Assembly: GCA_037444665.1 (NCBI GenBank) | Contig: JBBILZ010000007.1 | Location: 1-59,546 of the forward strand | Length of the DNA: 59,546 nucleotides | Direction: 5' to 3' | Origin: a candidate division WOR-3 bacterium | GTDB lineage: Bacteria > Hydrothermota > Tepidihabitantia > SM23-42 > JAOAFX01 | Shown: positions 28,263 to 38,088 of the stretch, in pieces | How the letters are laid out: every line of letters starts with the position of its first letter | Numbering within the stretch: position 1 is the stretch's first letter | Translations under genes and position numbers: made by a program | Notes under the pieces: model-generated | Told to the model about the DNA's origin: nothing | Databases searched by the model: none | Seen by the model: only the letters and a program-made list of their open reading frames with translations

Positions 28263-30430
28263 TACTTGACTATAGCAAATTTACAGACTCTTTTCCCTGA
28301 GGCAGAGCTGACCAGGGCGAAGTATAATCCACTGCTTGTTTTTTCTGGAATATGCCACAAAACTTCACCGAAGGAATTGGGTAACAAATTTTTCTCAAGC
28401 AATCTGCCAGCGATAGAATAAATATTGACTGAGGCATCAGCAGGTATGTTCTTTATTCTCAATATTGAACCTCTTATTACAGGATTGGGATAGATTAAGA
28501 TACTATCTAGAGGCATTGTAGTATCCTTTACAACTTCTAATTTTAATAAGCCTGTTTCTCCACCAAGCCAGAGGCAGGAACGAAGAGGGTCATAGTAAAA
28601 TCCCTGAACCTGAATGATTTCATTGCCTACAGATAAAAATTCAATATTTATATTCAATTCTTGAAAAGTGAATTTATTCAAGACCTTATATTGGGGGTCA
28701 TAAAAATATATTCCGTTACCAGCCATTATCCAGATTCTACCTTCCCCATCAGAAAGGACATCATAGATTGTAGTATTATTGAAGTCCTGAATTCCACTGA
28801 AGAGATTGTTTTCAAAAATGGATGCACCAAAGTCATTAGCAATAAATACTCTATTTTTTTCATCAACTGTTATTCCGGAGCAGTAATGGGAAAGTAATCC
28901 ATCTGACTTTCCATATTTTTTGTTTATATCATCTCCACGGTCAAATAATGTTCCTTTTGTATCTATCATCAACACACCACCTGCAGCGTCAAAGACTGTG
29001 CTCCAGACTCTTGAACTTGAATCTATTGCCATCTCCACTTCAAAGCCCGGTGTGCGGTCGCCCAGGAAATAAGCATTATTCAGGGAGGAATCAAATACCC
29101 ATATTTTATCCGAAGGTCCAGCAAGGGATAGATACATATTATTTCTTAAATCAAATTTCATATCCCAGATTGCGACAGTGCTATCTATTCCAAGGTATCT
29201 CTGTCTCAGGTAAGACCAGGAATTATTTTGAGGGTCAAATGCGCAGGCGAGCAGGGAGTCTGTATAATGGAATGCAAACCAGACTTTTTTATCTGGTGCG
29301 GTTACACAACGATGGATAAATTTTGTGGGAATAAAAGAATCCTGGCAAAATGTCTTCCATTCTTTATTATCCATTAACCAGCTGACACCGTGGGATTCAA
29401 TAGTCCGTCTGCCATGGGCAATAAAGACACCCGCCTGATTTGCAGTAATACTACAGATATGATTTGAACCAAGGCAGTTGTCCTTTTTCAGATGCCAGTA
29501 GTGATTTATAGAATTATAAATACCAATGCCCTCACCAAAATAATCAAGTTCATAGCGATTGCCTGTAGCACAGAACCATATTCCATTATAGGTTTCCACA
29601 GCATTAATCTTTGTGAGATACGGTAGGCTATCTTTGCGAATATTTAAATTGCCTCCAGCATATACTCCTATCTGTCGTATAGAATCAAGGCAGAGCAAAA
29701 GAGAATCACCAGCTGGTGCAATATCAATAATTTTATATCCTGACAATAGTGTATCAAAATATGTGCCTGTAAAACTATTCAGTCCTGCATCAGTGGCAAT
29801 ATACACAGTGCCATTAATAATTTTTATTTTTTTTATGTTATTATTAAGAAGCCCATTCTCTGTGCCATAGATAGTGTAATTTGAAAAATCTTTTGTGAAT
29901 ATTGTTATTTTATCATCTGTGCCAATCCAGAAATTTGTATCTCCAGCAATGGTCTGGATATTATTGGAGGAGAGTCCCTGATAATCATATATCTTTAAAA
30001 TAATATCATCCTGAAAATCTTCTGGTGTGCCTTTTAGACCAATTACTAACAATCCATTTTCCGTGCCAACAAGAACCGTATCATTCAAGCAATAGATTGT
30101 ATTTACTCGTGTGCAAGGCAAACATTCTAATGGATAGAGGTGAATATTTTTTGATACAGGATTAAGTTGTATCAATCCTGCATCACAGCCTGCCCAGATA
30201 TTGCCTGCGCTATCCATTGCAATGCAGTTCTGGCGGTTCATTGGTAATCCATCAGTATTGGTAAAAACCTGGAATGTATTTCTTAAATAATTATATGAGA
30301 CAATGCCACCATTTGTTGCTCCATAAATAATGGAATCATTTACAGCAATATCGTAAAAATAATTGTGATTTGTATAGTAGGTGGGTCGGAAAGAAATACT
30401 GAGTAAAAAAAATTTTATTATTAAATTCAT
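28262..30430 (-). CDS. PorZ-like double beta-propeller protein with T9SS-type CTD
   Basis: Repeated GL..N.I..I..D..G.IW two-component-regulator propeller units; C-term IYPNP..IYSIAG..SGLYF. Confidence 0.65.
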   Translation of the reverse strand: MNLIIKFFLLSISFRPTYYTNHNYFYDIAVNDSIIYGATNGGIVSYNYLRNTFQVFTNTDGLPMNRQNCIAMDSAGNIWAGCDAGLIQLNPVSKNIHLYPLECLPCTRVNTIYCLNDTVLVGTENGLLVIGLKGTPEDFQDDIILKIYDYQGLSSNNIQTIAGDTNFWIGTDDKITIFTKDFSNYTIYGTENGLLNNNIKKIKIINGTVYIATDAGLNSFTGTYFDTLLSGYKIIDIAPAGDSLLLCLDSIRQIGVYAGGNLNIRKDSLPYLTKINAVETYNGIWFCATGNRYELDYFGEGIGIYNSINHYWHLKKDNCLGSNHICSITANQAGVFIAHGRRTIESHGVSWLMDNKEWKTFCQDSFIPTKFIHRCVTAPDKKVWFAFHYTDSLLACAFDPQNNSWSYLRQRYLGIDSTVAIWDMKFDLRNNMYLSLAGPSDKIWVFDSSLNNAYFLGDRTPGFEVEMAIDSSSRVWSTVFDAAGGVLMIDTKGTLFDRGDDINKKYGKSDGLLSHYCSGITVDEKNRVFIANDFGASIFENNLFSGIQDFNNTTIYDVLSDGEGRIWIMAGNGIYFYDPQYKVLNKFTFQELNINIEFLSVGNEIIQVQGFYYDPLRSCLWLGGETGLLKLEVVKDTTMPLDSILIYPNPVIRGSILRIKNIPADASVNIYSIAGRLLEKNLLPNSFGEVLWHIPEKTSSGLYFALVSSASGKRVCKFAIVK

Positions 30431-31155
30431 TTACATAGCCATTTTTTGTTAAATATGGACATTAGTCGTAATTTCCACACTAACCAGAATGCCTCCCAGA
30501 TTATTCTCTTTGACATTTTTGATGTACCTGCCCTTCTTTCCACAAAGATAATGGGAATCTCTTTTATGGACAAGCCAGCACAATAGACACCGGATACACT
30601 TTGTATCTGAAAGCCATAGCCGTCAACCTTGAATCTCTGCCAGTTTACGCTCTGGAGCGCCTTACGGGAGTAACATTTAAAACCACTGGTCAGGTCTTTG
30701 ACCGGGACACCTGTTACCATGCGTGCAAACATACAGGCAAAAAAAGATAACAGTAATCTCTTCATTGGCCAGTTAACAACACTCACGCCATTAATATACC
30801 GTGAGCCTATAATCAGGTCATATTTATCAAGCAATTCAATAAATCTGGGCAGGTCATTAGGGTCGTGGGAAAAATCTGCATCCATCTCAAAGACAAAATC
30901 GTAATTATGTTCAAGTGCATATCCAAATCCAGTGACATAAGCAGTCCCCAATCCCATTTTTTTAGGTCTCTTTATAATATGGATTCTATCATCATTTTTA
31001 GATAGGTTTTCTACAATGGCAGCAGTGTTATCCTGGGAATTATCATCAATTATCAAAATTTCAAGTTGATTAGAAACGGAAATAATTTTTGTAATGATTT
31101 TTTCAATATTGACTGCCTCATTATAGGTAGGGATTATCACTAATCCGCGTTTCAT
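30427..31155 (-). CDS. Polyprenol monophosphomannose synthase (GT2, DPM1-like)
   Basis: IIPTYNE, IDDNS, GLGTAY, EMDADFSH, IGSRY, DLTSGF. Confidence 0.9.
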   Translation of the reverse strand: MKRGLVIIPTYNEAVNIEKIITKIISVSNQLEILIIDDNSQDNTAAIVENLSKNDDRIHIIKRPKKMGLGTAYVTGFGYALEHNYDFVFEMDADFSHDPNDLPRFIELLDKYDLIIGSRYINGVSVVNWPMKRLLLSFFACMFARMVTGVPVKDLTSGFKCYSRKALQSVNWQRFKVDGYGFQIQSVSGVYCAGLSIKEIPIIFVERRAGTSKMSKRIIWEAFWLVWKLRLMSIFNKKWLCK

Positions 31156-31161
31156 TGTTTT

Positions 31162-31189
31162 ATTATATACAAAATTATTGCTATGTCAA
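31162..31189 (-). promoter_or_regulatory. sigma70-type promoter, predicted leaderless transcript
   Basis: TTGACA-16 nt-TATAAT, then 6 nt to ATG 31155. Confidence 0.75.
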
Positions 31190-31202
31190 CTATACCGTAT
31201 TA

Positions 31203-31353
31203 GTAACAATTTAGTCATCCTAAAATTGTGGTTGCTTGATTTATCAAGCACCAGAAAGCGCTCAATGCTCCGTCCCGATGGGACGAGAGCCCTTAGGGAA
31301 ATTGGGCAACTACATTAATTTAATTCCATTCTTTAGATTGGCTAACCTATTAC
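31203..31353 (+). mobile_element. MITE-like composite element, copy 2 (more decayed)
   Basis: Aligns end to end with 20-171; ends GTAACAATTTAGTCATC / ATTGGCTAACCTATTAC; flanks CCGTATTA / TGATATTA (5 of 8 identical). Confidence 0.8.
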
Positions 31354-31388
31354 TGATATTACTCAAAAACAACAAGATTGGGGTAAGA

Positions 31389-31445
31389 GTGCGCAACCAA
31401 TGTCGGCTTTAATCATTAAATGTAATACAGACATTGGTTACGCAC
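31389..31445. terminator. 16-bp inverted repeat downstream of the S8 peptidase gene (terminator-like)
   Basis: GTGCGCAACCAATGTC ... GACATTGGTTACGCAC, 1 mismatch. Confidence 0.5.
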
Positions 31446-31458
31446 CCAGTTTGGCAAA

Positions 31459-34400
31459 TTATTTCAGCAGTATGGTCTTTTCAATCTGTTTGTAATCACC
31501 TGCTCCCAGGCGAACAAAATAGACTCCCGCAGGCAACCTGCGACCCAGATCATCTGAACCAGACCACAAAACATAATTAAATTGGTAATTTCCGCCACGC
31601 TGATTGGCGGATAAATGGTTAAATTGTTTCACTAATCTGCCAGTCGCGTCATAAATCCGCAATGATGCTTCAGATTTGGAATTTGGGATTTGGAATTCAA
31701 TCGTAAGGTTCTTGTTGAATGGATTTGGATATACTGTAAGATGGAATTTGCTATAATCATTGTTTGGTAAATCAGTGATTCCTACATAGGAAGTAAGATT
31801 GCCAACTTCCCAATCAAGTAGTGCAGGGTTATTTGGACTTTTCGTCATCCGATAGAACAGTGCCTTTAATCGTAAGGTATTATAAGTTACAGTATCAGTT
31901 ACGAGATTCATCTTTACTGTATCAACAGCCAGGGTTGTAAACTTACCAGTGGAATTACCAGGAATTAATGAGTTGGGTACTAATTGCCAGATTGAGCCGT
32001 TGTAATATTCTACTTGAATACCTATTGAGTCTCCACCGGTTGCTTTGCGCCACACAATATCGCCCCAGCGAGGTCGTGCATAAGTTTTTGATAGGTCAGA
32101 ATAGACCACAGGTGTTCCGGTCAAGGTGCCACTATTGTTTTGATAAGTATAGGAATGAAAGACTACGACATTGTCAGTGGCACATGCCCAACCCCAGTGA
32201 GAGCTTGTTGTGCTGTCACTGAAGAACCATTCAAACTGCACCGAATCACAGGGTAATTGTGCAGTCAGGTCAATATTAGCAGTGCCATTAACACTTGTCG
32301 TATACTCAGCAATATTTGCCCAGGCGGTCCAGGCACCACCAGTTCTCTTGCGGAATTTCACACGGAGTTTTTCTCCGGTTTCATATACGCGGAAACCGTA
32401 GCCATAAGAAATTCTCAGATTGGCAGCTGTGGGTGGAACATAAATTTTGGGAGAGATCAGTTCTTCATTATTGTTTATAACACCACTGCCTGCGTCATCA
32501 TCTGAATAATAGGCATACGCAGTGCCATAATCGGGTGGGGTATAGCTGCCTAAATCGGTTGTTGTTCCGGTTGTCCAGTAATAATTGTCGCCATTCCCAT
32601 TTACTACAGTCCATCCTGCAGGCATGCCAGATTCAAAATTCGCAAAGAGAAGGGTATCTTCTACATAGCCTACAGGTTGTAATACTACGCTGTCACCCTG
32701 AACTTGTGTCATATTGAATGTGCAATTTTTGAATTGTGCATAAGTAGTCTGGAACCAGGAGCAGGTGTTAGCAGGAATATTAAGATTAATTGTGAATGAC
32801 CTGCGGCTGGTTGCTGCTGACCACATTCCACCAGTCGTTGTATCCGCAGCCTTTGCTTTCCACCAATAAGTAACACCATTGGAGAGTGCCACAGGGAGGA
32901 TATAATTTGCTATTGAGCCACTGGCATAGATACCGGTAGTGACACTGTCCTGTGTAGTAAATGCAGTATCAGTAGACCAATAAATTCTATATCTAACCGG
33001 GTCTCCCTGAGGGTCGGTTGTGGTCAATTTGAAAACCGGATTCAATGTGGAGAATTTTGCATAATCAAAAGGTGCGACAACAGTGGGGGTAAAAGGTGTG
33101 CCTGGATATGGTGTAGCATTTACAGCATTTAAGGCATCTATTCTACCAGCACCAAAATCATTGTCTTTTCCAGAAGGTCCTAAATCAACTGCCGTAACCT
33201 GGAGAATACTATCAATCTCCTGCCTTGTAAGATAGGGATTTTTCTGGAGCATTAATGCTACTGTTCCTGCAACATGGGGAGTTGCCATAGAAGTTCCGTT
33301 CCAACCATCAAGGTAGCCATTATTACTATTGTAGGCGCAGGACTTAATATTTACACCGGGCGCAGAGACATCAGGTTTAGTCAGGCCCGGTGGATAGGTA
33401 TAATCGTTGTATCCGGTGACAGTATCCCAGGTGACCGGACCAGGGCTTGAAAATGAGGCGATTGCATCATTTATATCTGTGGCACCGATACTGATTACAT
33501 TGGATTGAGCGCCAGTGGAACCATTCTGGGGATGGCGCCAGGGTGAAGGCACACTGCCCGGGCATCTTAGTGCGTATGGTGGGATATCAACACCCCGTTC
33601 ATTACCAGCAGCAACAATCATAACAACGCCTGCAGCACCGACATTATTGCATGCAGTGCGCCAGCTCGCCACCCTTGGGCTCCAGGCATAGCGCCAGCCC
33701 AAAGACATCGTGATTAAATCACCACCGTGAGTTGGTGAGAGGGGTGGAGAAACAACAAATTGCATTGCATCCCAAACCTGATTTTCCGCAATTGTATCGG
33801 CCACTGTTCTTACCCTTAAAGCCATAATCTGGGCATCAGGTGCAACTCCGCATTGAGAGCCAGCCGTGCCGTCAGATGCGACACTCCCTGCTGTATGGGT
33901 GCCATGGCCCTGGGCATCCATCGGGTCATTGTTGTTATTTTCAAAATTCCAACCATGATTTGGATAATTTGGGTCAGTCCAGAGATGGTCTGCAAGGTCG
34001 ACATGATTATAATTACAGCCGGTGTCAATATGGCCCACAACAATTCCCAGTCCAGTGAAACCAAGGGGCCAAACCTGGTCGGCCCTGATTTTGGATACAC
34101 CCCAGGCAATTTCCCGGGTTTTGTCAGCAGGTGCAACTAAAGATTTTGGTTTTTCAAGTTCAATCGGCTTCAGGTCATAATCAATATAGAATATCTCTCT
34201 ATAATTCTCAAGTTCAGCGATGACCTCTCTTGTGGCTTCACAGTAGATTGCATTTAATATCCACAAGGACTGGATATTTCTAACAAGATTCAGTTTTTCA
34301 TTTTGCTTTAAGAAATTAATGAGTGTTCTTTGATGTTCCTTTGAAAAATTCTGCAGTATTTCAGCAACCTGCGCCCTTCTTTGTGGTTTTGGTAAATTTT

Positions 34401-34566
34401 CTACTGCCTTAGTTAAGTCATTGAGGTCCATCTGTTTTTTCAATACAATGTCAATCGGTATCAGGTCAGTAGATTTTGCACCTGACATCACATTTTTTAA
34501 TTCCGGACTTATGAGGGCAAAGACCGGAATTATGATTATGAAACAGCAAATAATCAATCTTTTCAT
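31459..34566 (-). CDS. Secreted S8 subtilisin-like serine peptidase with beta-sandwich domains and T9SS/FlgD-like CTD
   Basis: Signal peptide; catalytic IDTG, GHGTH, GTSMATPHVAG; C-term VYPNPF..IYDATGRLVK..GVYFV. Confidence 0.92.
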   Translation of the reverse strand: MKRLIICCFIIIIPVFALISPELKNVMSGAKSTDLIPIDIVLKKQMDLNDLTKAVENLPKPQRRAQVAEILQNFSKEHQRTLINFLKQNEKLNLVRNIQSLWILNAIYCEATREVIAELENYREIFYIDYDLKPIELEKPKSLVAPADKTREIAWGVSKIRADQVWPLGFTGLGIVVGHIDTGCNYNHVDLADHLWTDPNYPNHGWNFENNNNDPMDAQGHGTHTAGSVASDGTAGSQCGVAPDAQIMALRVRTVADTIAENQVWDAMQFVVSPPLSPTHGGDLITMSLGWRYAWSPRVASWRTACNNVGAAGVVMIVAAGNERGVDIPPYALRCPGSVPSPWRHPQNGSTGAQSNVISIGATDINDAIASFSSPGPVTWDTVTGYNDYTYPPGLTKPDVSAPGVNIKSCAYNSNNGYLDGWNGTSMATPHVAGTVALMLQKNPYLTRQEIDSILQVTAVDLGPSGKDNDFGAGRIDALNAVNATPYPGTPFTPTVVAPFDYAKFSTLNPVFKLTTTDPQGDPVRYRIYWSTDTAFTTQDSVTTGIYASGSIANYILPVALSNGVTYWWKAKAADTTTGGMWSAATSRRSFTINLNIPANTCSWFQTTYAQFKNCTFNMTQVQGDSVVLQPVGYVEDTLLFANFESGMPAGWTVVNGNGDNYYWTTGTTTDLGSYTPPDYGTAYAYYSDDDAGSGVINNNEELISPKIYVPPTAANLRISYGYGFRVYETGEKLRVKFRKRTGGAWTAWANIAEYTTSVNGTANIDLTAQLPCDSVQFEWFFSDSTTSSHWGWACATDNVVVFHSYTYQNNSGTLTGTPVVYSDLSKTYARPRWGDIVWRKATGGDSIGIQVEYYNGSIWQLVPNSLIPGNSTGKFTTLAVDTVKMNLVTDTVTYNTLRLKALFYRMTKSPNNPALLDWEVGNLTSYVGITDLPNNDYSKFHLTVYPNPFNKNLTIEFQIPNSKSEASLRIYDATGRLVKQFNHLSANQRGGNYQFNYVLWSGSDDLGRRLPAGVYFVRLGAGDYKQIEKTILLK
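31591..31611. repeat. 21-bp TCCGCCA-N7-TGGCGGA hairpin in-frame in the CTD (encodes SANQRGG)
   Basis: TCCGCCA CGCTGAT TGGCGGA. Confidence 0.75.
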
Positions 34567-34674
34567 ATTTGTCTCCTTTCTTTTAAGATTATATTTTTTT
34601 GCTTTAGATTTGTTTTTTTAAGTCACCCCCTTTCAGACTTAAGTCCCGCAAAATCTTATCTAATAATCTACTAA

Positions 34675-34702
34675 ATTATACTTAAATTTTTTGAATTGTC
34701 AA
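34675..34702 (-). promoter_or_regulatory. sigma70-type promoter of the S8 peptidase gene
   Basis: TTGACA-16 nt-TATAAT. Confidence 0.7.
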
Positions 34703-34812
34703 CCCACCACAGCATAGACATTGAAAATGGTATTGAAAACTATTCTTTGATTTTGAATTTCAGTCAGTGAAGTTTTTTATTTACCTTAATTATTAAAGAT
34801 TGTTGATAACTC

Positions 34813-34840
34813 TTGACCAGAGCCAATTTTTTGATATAAT
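34813..34840 (+). promoter_or_regulatory. sigma70-type promoter of the aconitase/citrate synthase/IDH operon
   Basis: TTGACC-16 nt-TATAAT. Confidence 0.6.
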
Positions 34841-34987
34841 TTAAGTCAGCATATATAAAAAAAATGCATAGATTCAATGGTTTTTTAATTATAAAGGGAG
34901 AGGCGAAATCTCCCGAAAAATCATTGGGTTTGTTGGATTTGTCATTAAATTCGGTTAAAAATATATATTTAATCTGGAGGTAATATA

Positions 34988-36277
34988 ATGGGTAAGACTT
35001 TAGCTGAAAAGATTTTATCAGAAAAGAGTGGACAGGATGCAAAGGCGGGTCAAATAGTGATTGCAAAGGTTGATGTCGCTGCATTCCAGGACGGCACGGG
35101 TCCGCTTGGTGTGAGACAGATGCAGAAATTGAAGATCAATAAGGTCAAGGCACCAAGATCAATTTTCTTTATTGACCATGCAGCCCCTTCTCCAAGAAAA
35201 GAATTATCCAATGACCATATGCTTTTACGAAGTTTTGCCGCACAGTGTGGTGCAATATTATCTGAAGTTGGTGAAGGTGTAATCCACCAGAGATTAGTTG
35301 AGTTATTTGTTAAACCTGGAGATGTTGTTATTGGTGCGGATTCGCATTCCTGCACACCTGGTGCACTCGGTGCCTTTGCTACAGGAATGGGTTCTACTGA
35401 TGTGGCAATCGGTATGTCAATGGGAAAGACCTGGTTCAAGGTCCCGGAAACATTCCGTATTGAAGTAAAGGGGAAATTTTCACCTGGTGTCTATGCAAAG
35501 GATTTGATTCTCCATCTCATTGGAATGATAGGTGCTGATGGTGCAACATACAAGGCATTAGAATTCGGAGGCGAGACAATTGATAATATGTCTATAGATT
35601 CAAGGTTTACACTTTCTAATATGGCAGTTGAAGCAGGGGCAAAGGCAGGTCTGATCGCTTCAGATAAAATTACAAAAGAATATCTAAAAAAACAGGGAAG
35701 ATTAAAGGATTGGCGCAGTCTGTCACCGGATAAGGATGCCAAATATGAGCGTGTTATTGATATTGATGCGAGTAAACTTGAACCTACGGTTTCCTGTCCC
35801 CATACTGTTGATAACACAAAAACAGTGAGTGCATTAAAAGGGACAAAGATTCATCAGGTCTTTATCGGCACCTGCACAAATGGCCGCATTGAAGACCTGA
35901 AGATTGCCGCAGATATTTTAAAGAACCAGAAAGTTGCACCCCATGTGAGGTTGATTGTTGTGCCTGCATCAAGGGCAGTATTTATTGATGCAATGAGGCT
36001 CGGTTTACTTGAGGTTTTTGTAAAGGCAGGCGGCATTATTCTTGGACCGGGATGCGGTCCTTGCGTGGGTGTGCATGAAGGCATACTTGGTGATGGAGAG
36101 GTCTGCCTTTCTACTGCCAATCGTAATTTTAAGGGTAGAATGGGTAATCCAGATGGTTTTATTTATCTATCGTCTCCTGCGACTGCTGCTTATTCTGCAA
36201 TAAAAGGCTTTATCAGTGACCCAAGAGAGATTATTAAAATTAAAAAAAGTAGAAAAACAACAAAAAGAAAGGGGTGA
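34988..36277 (+). CDS. Aconitase-family hydro-lyase large subunit (LeuC/HacA/DmdA type)
   Basis: IDH, GVIHQ, GADSHSCT, GTCTNGR, GCGPCVG ([4Fe-4S] Cys), STANRNFKGRMG. Confidence 0.92.
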   Translation: MGKTLAEKILSEKSGQDAKAGQIVIAKVDVAAFQDGTGPLGVRQMQKLKINKVKAPRSIFFIDHAAPSPRKELSNDHMLLRSFAAQCGAILSEVGEGVIHQRLVELFVKPGDVVIGADSHSCTPGALGAFATGMGSTDVAIGMSMGKTWFKVPETFRIEVKGKFSPGVYAKDLILHLIGMIGADGATYKALEFGGETIDNMSIDSRFTLSNMAVEAGAKAGLIASDKITKEYLKKQGRLKDWRSLSPDKDAKYERVIDIDASKLEPTVSCPHTVDNTKTVSALKGTKIHQVFIGTCTNGRIEDLKIAADILKNQKVAPHVRLIVVPASRAVFIDAMRLGLLEVFVKAGGIILGPGCGPCVGVHEGILGDGEVCLSTANRNFKGRMGNPDGFIYLSSPATAAYSAIKGFISDPREIIKIKKSRKTTKRKG

Positions 36278-36280
36278 TTT

Positions 36281-37561
36281 ATGGATGTAATTAAGCTCAA
36301 ATTAAAAGAAAAGATTCCGGTATGGCGAGAAGAGATAAAGAATCTCGTGAAGGAATATGGCGATAAGGTAATTTCTGAAGTTACTGTGAGCCAGGCATAC
36401 GGTGGTATGCGTGGTGTTAAGGCGCTTATTTGTGATACTTCTGAAGTGCCTCCGGACAAAGGGTTGATCATCAGGGGAATACCGATTGCTCAACTAAAAA
36501 ACAAACTACCTGAGGAGGTTCTGTATCTTTTGATAGTAGGTGAGCTACCTGATAAGTCAGCAACTGAAGAAGTCAAAAACGACCTAAAGAAACGCGCAAA
36601 GGTTCCTGAATATGTCTGGGATGTACTTAAGGCAATGCCCAAGGATTCTCATCCAATGGTGATGTTCAGTCTAGCAATTCTGGCACTTGAAAAAGAATCT
36701 CTTTTCAGAAAAAAATATACTGAAGGTATGAAAAAAGAAGAATACTGGGAATGGATACTTGAAGATTCACTCAATCTGATTGCTAAATTGCCGGCTATTG
36801 CCGCAGGTATTTATCGGATGAGATTTAATAAAGGAAAATTGATAGCGTCAGACCCTAATCTTGATTGGGCTGGTGATTATGCTCATATGCTTGGAATTCC
36901 TGACCCCAAAGGTGAATTCAAGAATCTGATGCGGCTCTATATGGTTTTGCACTCAGACCATGAAGGTGGAAATGTGAGTGCCCATACCTGCCATTGTGTT
37001 GGTTCTGCTCTATCAGACCCATACTATGCAGTTTCTGCAGGACTGAATGGTCTGGCTGGTCCTTTGCATGGTCTGGCAAACCAGGAATGCCTTGCCTGGG
37101 TGATTAAAGTAAAAGAAAAGTTTAAAGGTGTGCCGAGTGACCAGGATTTGCGCCAATTTGCCTGGGATACACTAAATTCAGGACAGGTGATACCAGGTTA
37201 TGGACACGCAGTATTGAGGATAACAGACCCACGGTTTGATGCATTCCATGAATTTGGTGCAAGGGTCTGCCCTGAAGATGAGCTCTATCAAATCGTTGCC
37301 AAGGTCTTCAAAATTGTCCCTGGTGTTTTAAAAGAACAGGGTAAGGCAAAAGACCCCTGGCCCAATGTGGATGCTGCGTCTGGTTGTCTACTTTACCATT
37401 TTGGCCTTACTGAATTTGAGTATTACACAGTTCTCTTTGGTGTTTCAAGGGCAATGGGTATGTGTGCCCAGTTGATTGTGAGCCGTGCATTGGGAGAAGC
37501 AATTGAAAGGCCGAAATCGGTTACAACACAGTGGGTAAAGGAAACCGTAAAAAAGGCATAG
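36281..37561 (+). CDS. gltA: Citrate (Si)-synthase, eukaryote-like type
   Basis: YGGMRG, HSDHEGGNVSAH, GPLHGLANQE, PGYGHAVLR.TDPR, PWPNVDA, IERPKS. Confidence 0.93.
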   Translation: MDVIKLKLKEKIPVWREEIKNLVKEYGDKVISEVTVSQAYGGMRGVKALICDTSEVPPDKGLIIRGIPIAQLKNKLPEEVLYLLIVGELPDKSATEEVKNDLKKRAKVPEYVWDVLKAMPKDSHPMVMFSLAILALEKESLFRKKYTEGMKKEEYWEWILEDSLNLIAKLPAIAAGIYRMRFNKGKLIASDPNLDWAGDYAHMLGIPDPKGEFKNLMRLYMVLHSDHEGGNVSAHTCHCVGSALSDPYYAVSAGLNGLAGPLHGLANQECLAWVIKVKEKFKGVPSDQDLRQFAWDTLNSGQVIPGYGHAVLRITDPRFDAFHEFGARVCPEDELYQIVAKVFKIVPGVLKEQGKAKDPWPNVDAASGCLLYHFGLTEFEYYTVLFGVSRAMGMCAQLIVSRALGEAIERPKSVTTQWVKETVKKA

Positions 37562-37572
37562 CGGAGGAATGT

Positions 37573-38073
37573 ATGGTCCTTAAAGGAAAAACCTGGAAGT
37601 TTGGTGATGATATTTCTACGGACCTTATCTGCCCAGGTAGATATTTCCATCTTCGTTCTAATCTTGATGAACTGGCAAAGCATGTGCTTGAAGATGCAGA
37701 CCCACAGTTTGCTCAAAAAATGGCAAAGGGTGATTTTGTTGTTGCTGGTAATAATTTTGGTTTGGGTAGTTCAAGAGAGCATGCTCCTACTATTATCAAG
37801 ATTGCCGGTGTCAGTGCGGTGCTTGCAAAATCATTTGCGCGCATTTTCTATCGCAATGCGATAAATATTGGATTGCCCCTAATTGAGTGTGATACAGACA
37901 AAATTGAACAGGGTGATGAACTTGAAATAGACCTTGAAGCAGGCATTGTTCGGAATAAAACAAAAGGTATTGAAATAAAGGTCCATCCATTACCCAGGGC
38001 AATGATAAATATTCTCAATGATGGGGGATTATTAGCCCACATTGAAAAGCATGGTGATTTTAAATTAGATTAA
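37573..38073 (+). CDS. Aconitase-family hydro-lyase small subunit (LeuD/HacB type)
   Basis: GDDISTDLICPGRY, NFGLGSSREHA, SFARIFYRNAINIGL; ATG 37573 after GGAGG. Confidence 0.92.
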   Translation: MVLKGKTWKFGDDISTDLICPGRYFHLRSNLDELAKHVLEDADPQFAQKMAKGDFVVAGNNFGLGSSREHAPTIIKIAGVSAVLAKSFARIFYRNAINIGLPLIECDTDKIEQGDELEIDLEAGIVRNKTKGIEIKVHPLPRAMINILNDGGLLAHIEKHGDFKLD

Positions 38074-38088
38074 ACAGGAGTAAAATAT

